64,000 nt of DNA from an uncultured delta proteobacterium. Lineage in GTDB: Bacteria; Desulfobacterota; Binatia; JACPRU01. The notes under the pieces were generated by a model that made no database searches, was not told where the DNA came from, and saw nothing but the letters and a program-made list of their open reading frames with translations. The stretch is taken from positions 64,001 through 128,000 of the forward strand of contig CAVUWD010000016.1 of the NCBI GenBank assembly GCA_963745025.1, in the 5' to 3' direction. Positions within the stretch are counted from its first letter, which is position 1. Every line of letters starts with the position of its first letter. Position numbers and translations under genes: made by a program. Shown here one piece after another: positions 62,600 to 64,000 of the stretch.

Positions 62600-63541
62600 A
62601 TGCAGGCACAAAGTCTCGATGCGATGCGTGTGGCCATCTTGAAGGTTCCACTGACGATCGCGCTCTCTCTGATGATTAGTCTCGGCTTGGCTGCCCCTCG
62701 TGCCTTTGCGGCCGGACTGCAGGATGACGTCGATCAGGCGACCACGATCCTACAGCGTTTCAAGGAGATGCCAGAGAAGTCGATCCCGGACCACGTCATG
62801 AAAGATGCGAAGGGGTTGACGATCATGACTGCGGTCAAAGCCGGATTCATTTTTAGCGGCCAGGCCGGGAAGGGAATGGTCATCGCGCGCACGGAGCACG
62901 GTTGGAGCGGGCCATCGGGTATAGGTACCGGCAGTGCCGGGTTCGGTTTTCAGGCCGGTGTACAAGTTACGGAGTTCGTCCTGGTGCTCAATACAAATGA
63001 GGCCGTAAAGGCCTTCACCCATAGAGCCAACGTGAAACTCGGCGCCGACATTAGCGTAGCAGCCGGGCCGGTTGGTCGGGCCGTCGGTGCCGGCGTCACG
63101 CCACTGGCAGCAGTGTATACCTACAGCCGAAGCCAAGGACTGTTTGCAGGTGTGTCCCTGGATGGAACGGTGCTCGTTTCAAGGAATGATGCCAATAAGG
63201 AATATTACAGCCGCGTGGTGACCCCCGAGGAGATCTTGACGGGCAAGGTGCTACCCCCGCCGGGCGCAGAGAAATTGATAGCGGAGCTGAACAAGCAAGA
63301 AGCACTAAAGGTGTCCGCGCTGAAGGCGGTCCCTCCGTATCTCATCAAAAACGACGTCGAGTCCTTCGCCGAGGAAATTGGCCGCACCATTTTTCGTGGC
63401 GGACACGAGCCGCGATCGGAGGCGCGGCTGGGGCTCTCGGCGATGCGATCATCGGCGACCAATCGTATGCCGCAGCACGGGAACGCGATTGCCATGATCT
63501 CAGACACTAAGCTTTCGTTCGGGCGCGCGTTCGTCGTCTGA
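62600..63541 (+). CDS. Ysc84/SYLF lipid-binding domain protein (C-terminal about 75 aa possibly unrelated read-through)
   Basis: Signal peptide, KAGFIFSG, GFQAG, AAGPVGR, YSRSQGLFAGVSLDG; AAGGAGG RBS. Confidence 0.88.
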   Translation: MQAQSLDAMRVAILKVPLTIALSLMISLGLAAPRAFAAGLQDDVDQATTILQRFKEMPEKSIPDHVMKDAKGLTIMTAVKAGFIFSGQAGKGMVIARTEHGWSGPSGIGTGSAGFGFQAGVQVTEFVLVLNTNEAVKAFTHRANVKLGADISVAAGPVGRAVGAGVTPLAAVYTYSRSQGLFAGVSLDGTVLVSRNDANKEYYSRVVTPEEILTGKVLPPPGAEKLIAELNKQEALKVSALKAVPPYLIKNDVESFAEEIGRTIFRGGHEPRSEARLGLSAMRSSATNRMPQHGNAIAMISDTKLSFGRAFVV

Positions 63542-63732
63542 TAGGCATCGTGGTTACGAATCTCCACGTCCCAAATTCTCGAACGCGCCTCTGCGGAAAC
63601 GCGCGTCTGATCGGGAACAGGGAGTCGGCGCGGATCGGCGAGGTCCTCAAGCGAAAGGCCACCTGGCCTCAAGAAGCTCGAATCGTCGAACCTTGATTTC
63701 ATGACCCTCGAAGAATTCGGATTCGAGAGAGC

Positions 63733-64000
63733 ATGAGAACGCGCGCCGTGGGTTTGATCCTGCTCTCGTTGTCGGTGCTGGCGGCCTCGGCTTGCGCCAC
63801 CCCCGCGGCGAGGCCGTCACGGCACCGGGGTTTCTTCGCCGCGCTGTCGGAGGAAGGGGAGCCCACGCACCGGCGCGGCGCGTGGTTGGCCCGAGCTCGC
63901 CCGGCTGATCCGAAGCTCCAGACCGTGAGGCTGACCACGCACCTGTGGCGGTGGCCCCTCGACCGCGTTCGCATGACGTCGACCTTCGGCGAGCGTTCCG
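63733..64000 (+). CDS. Lipoprotein, probable M23 peptidase (partial)
   Basis: Lipobox ASAC; WRWPL...MTSTFGER at the window end. Confidence 0.65.
   Translation, partial: MRTRAVGLILLSLSVLAASACATPAARPSRHRGFFAALSEEGEPTHRRGAWLARARPADPKLQTVRLTTHLWRWPLDRVRMTSTFGERS

Overview
High-GC Gram-negative bacterial chromosome segment; gene content suggests a Binatia/Myxococcota-like deltaproteobacterium (inference). Four blocks. (1) 1-6.5 kb: lipid/redox genes (two thiolases, a nitroreductase-like protein behind a sigma54 promoter, a frameshifted multicopper oxidase). (2) 6.5-19 kb: a type IV minor-pilin cassette (fimT/pilV/pilW/pilX-like plus a GspG-domain gene) and pilB. The cassette sits between two toxin-antitoxin arrays built from partial duplications of the flanking genes, and the pilB 3' end occurs four times. 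(3) 19-29.6 kb: core genes (RNase Z-like, panB, panC, smpB, manC, dehydrogenases, tmRNA) with a palindromic repeat family. (4) From the tmRNA 3' end to about 63.7 kb: a decaying stress/envelope island with trehalose genes (mostly broken), BON, DUF1328, yqjE/elaB-like genes, surE, DAGK, ydbH-ynbE-ydbL, a sigma54-to-ECF regulatory module and IS256/group II intron/terminase debris. The most notable locus is 31.7-40.1 kb: a signal-peptide-bearing HipA/PI3K-like kinase, a barrel-only Omp85 and a small exported partner, divergent from two tandem Npt/TLC ATP-ADP translocase homologues and a BON protein, with a convergent PAP2 phosphatase. This is a candidate extracytoplasmic phosphorylation system with its own nucleotide supply. 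Many single-base frameshifts may be sequencing or assembly errors. All calls come from motif recognition by eye; no searches were run.
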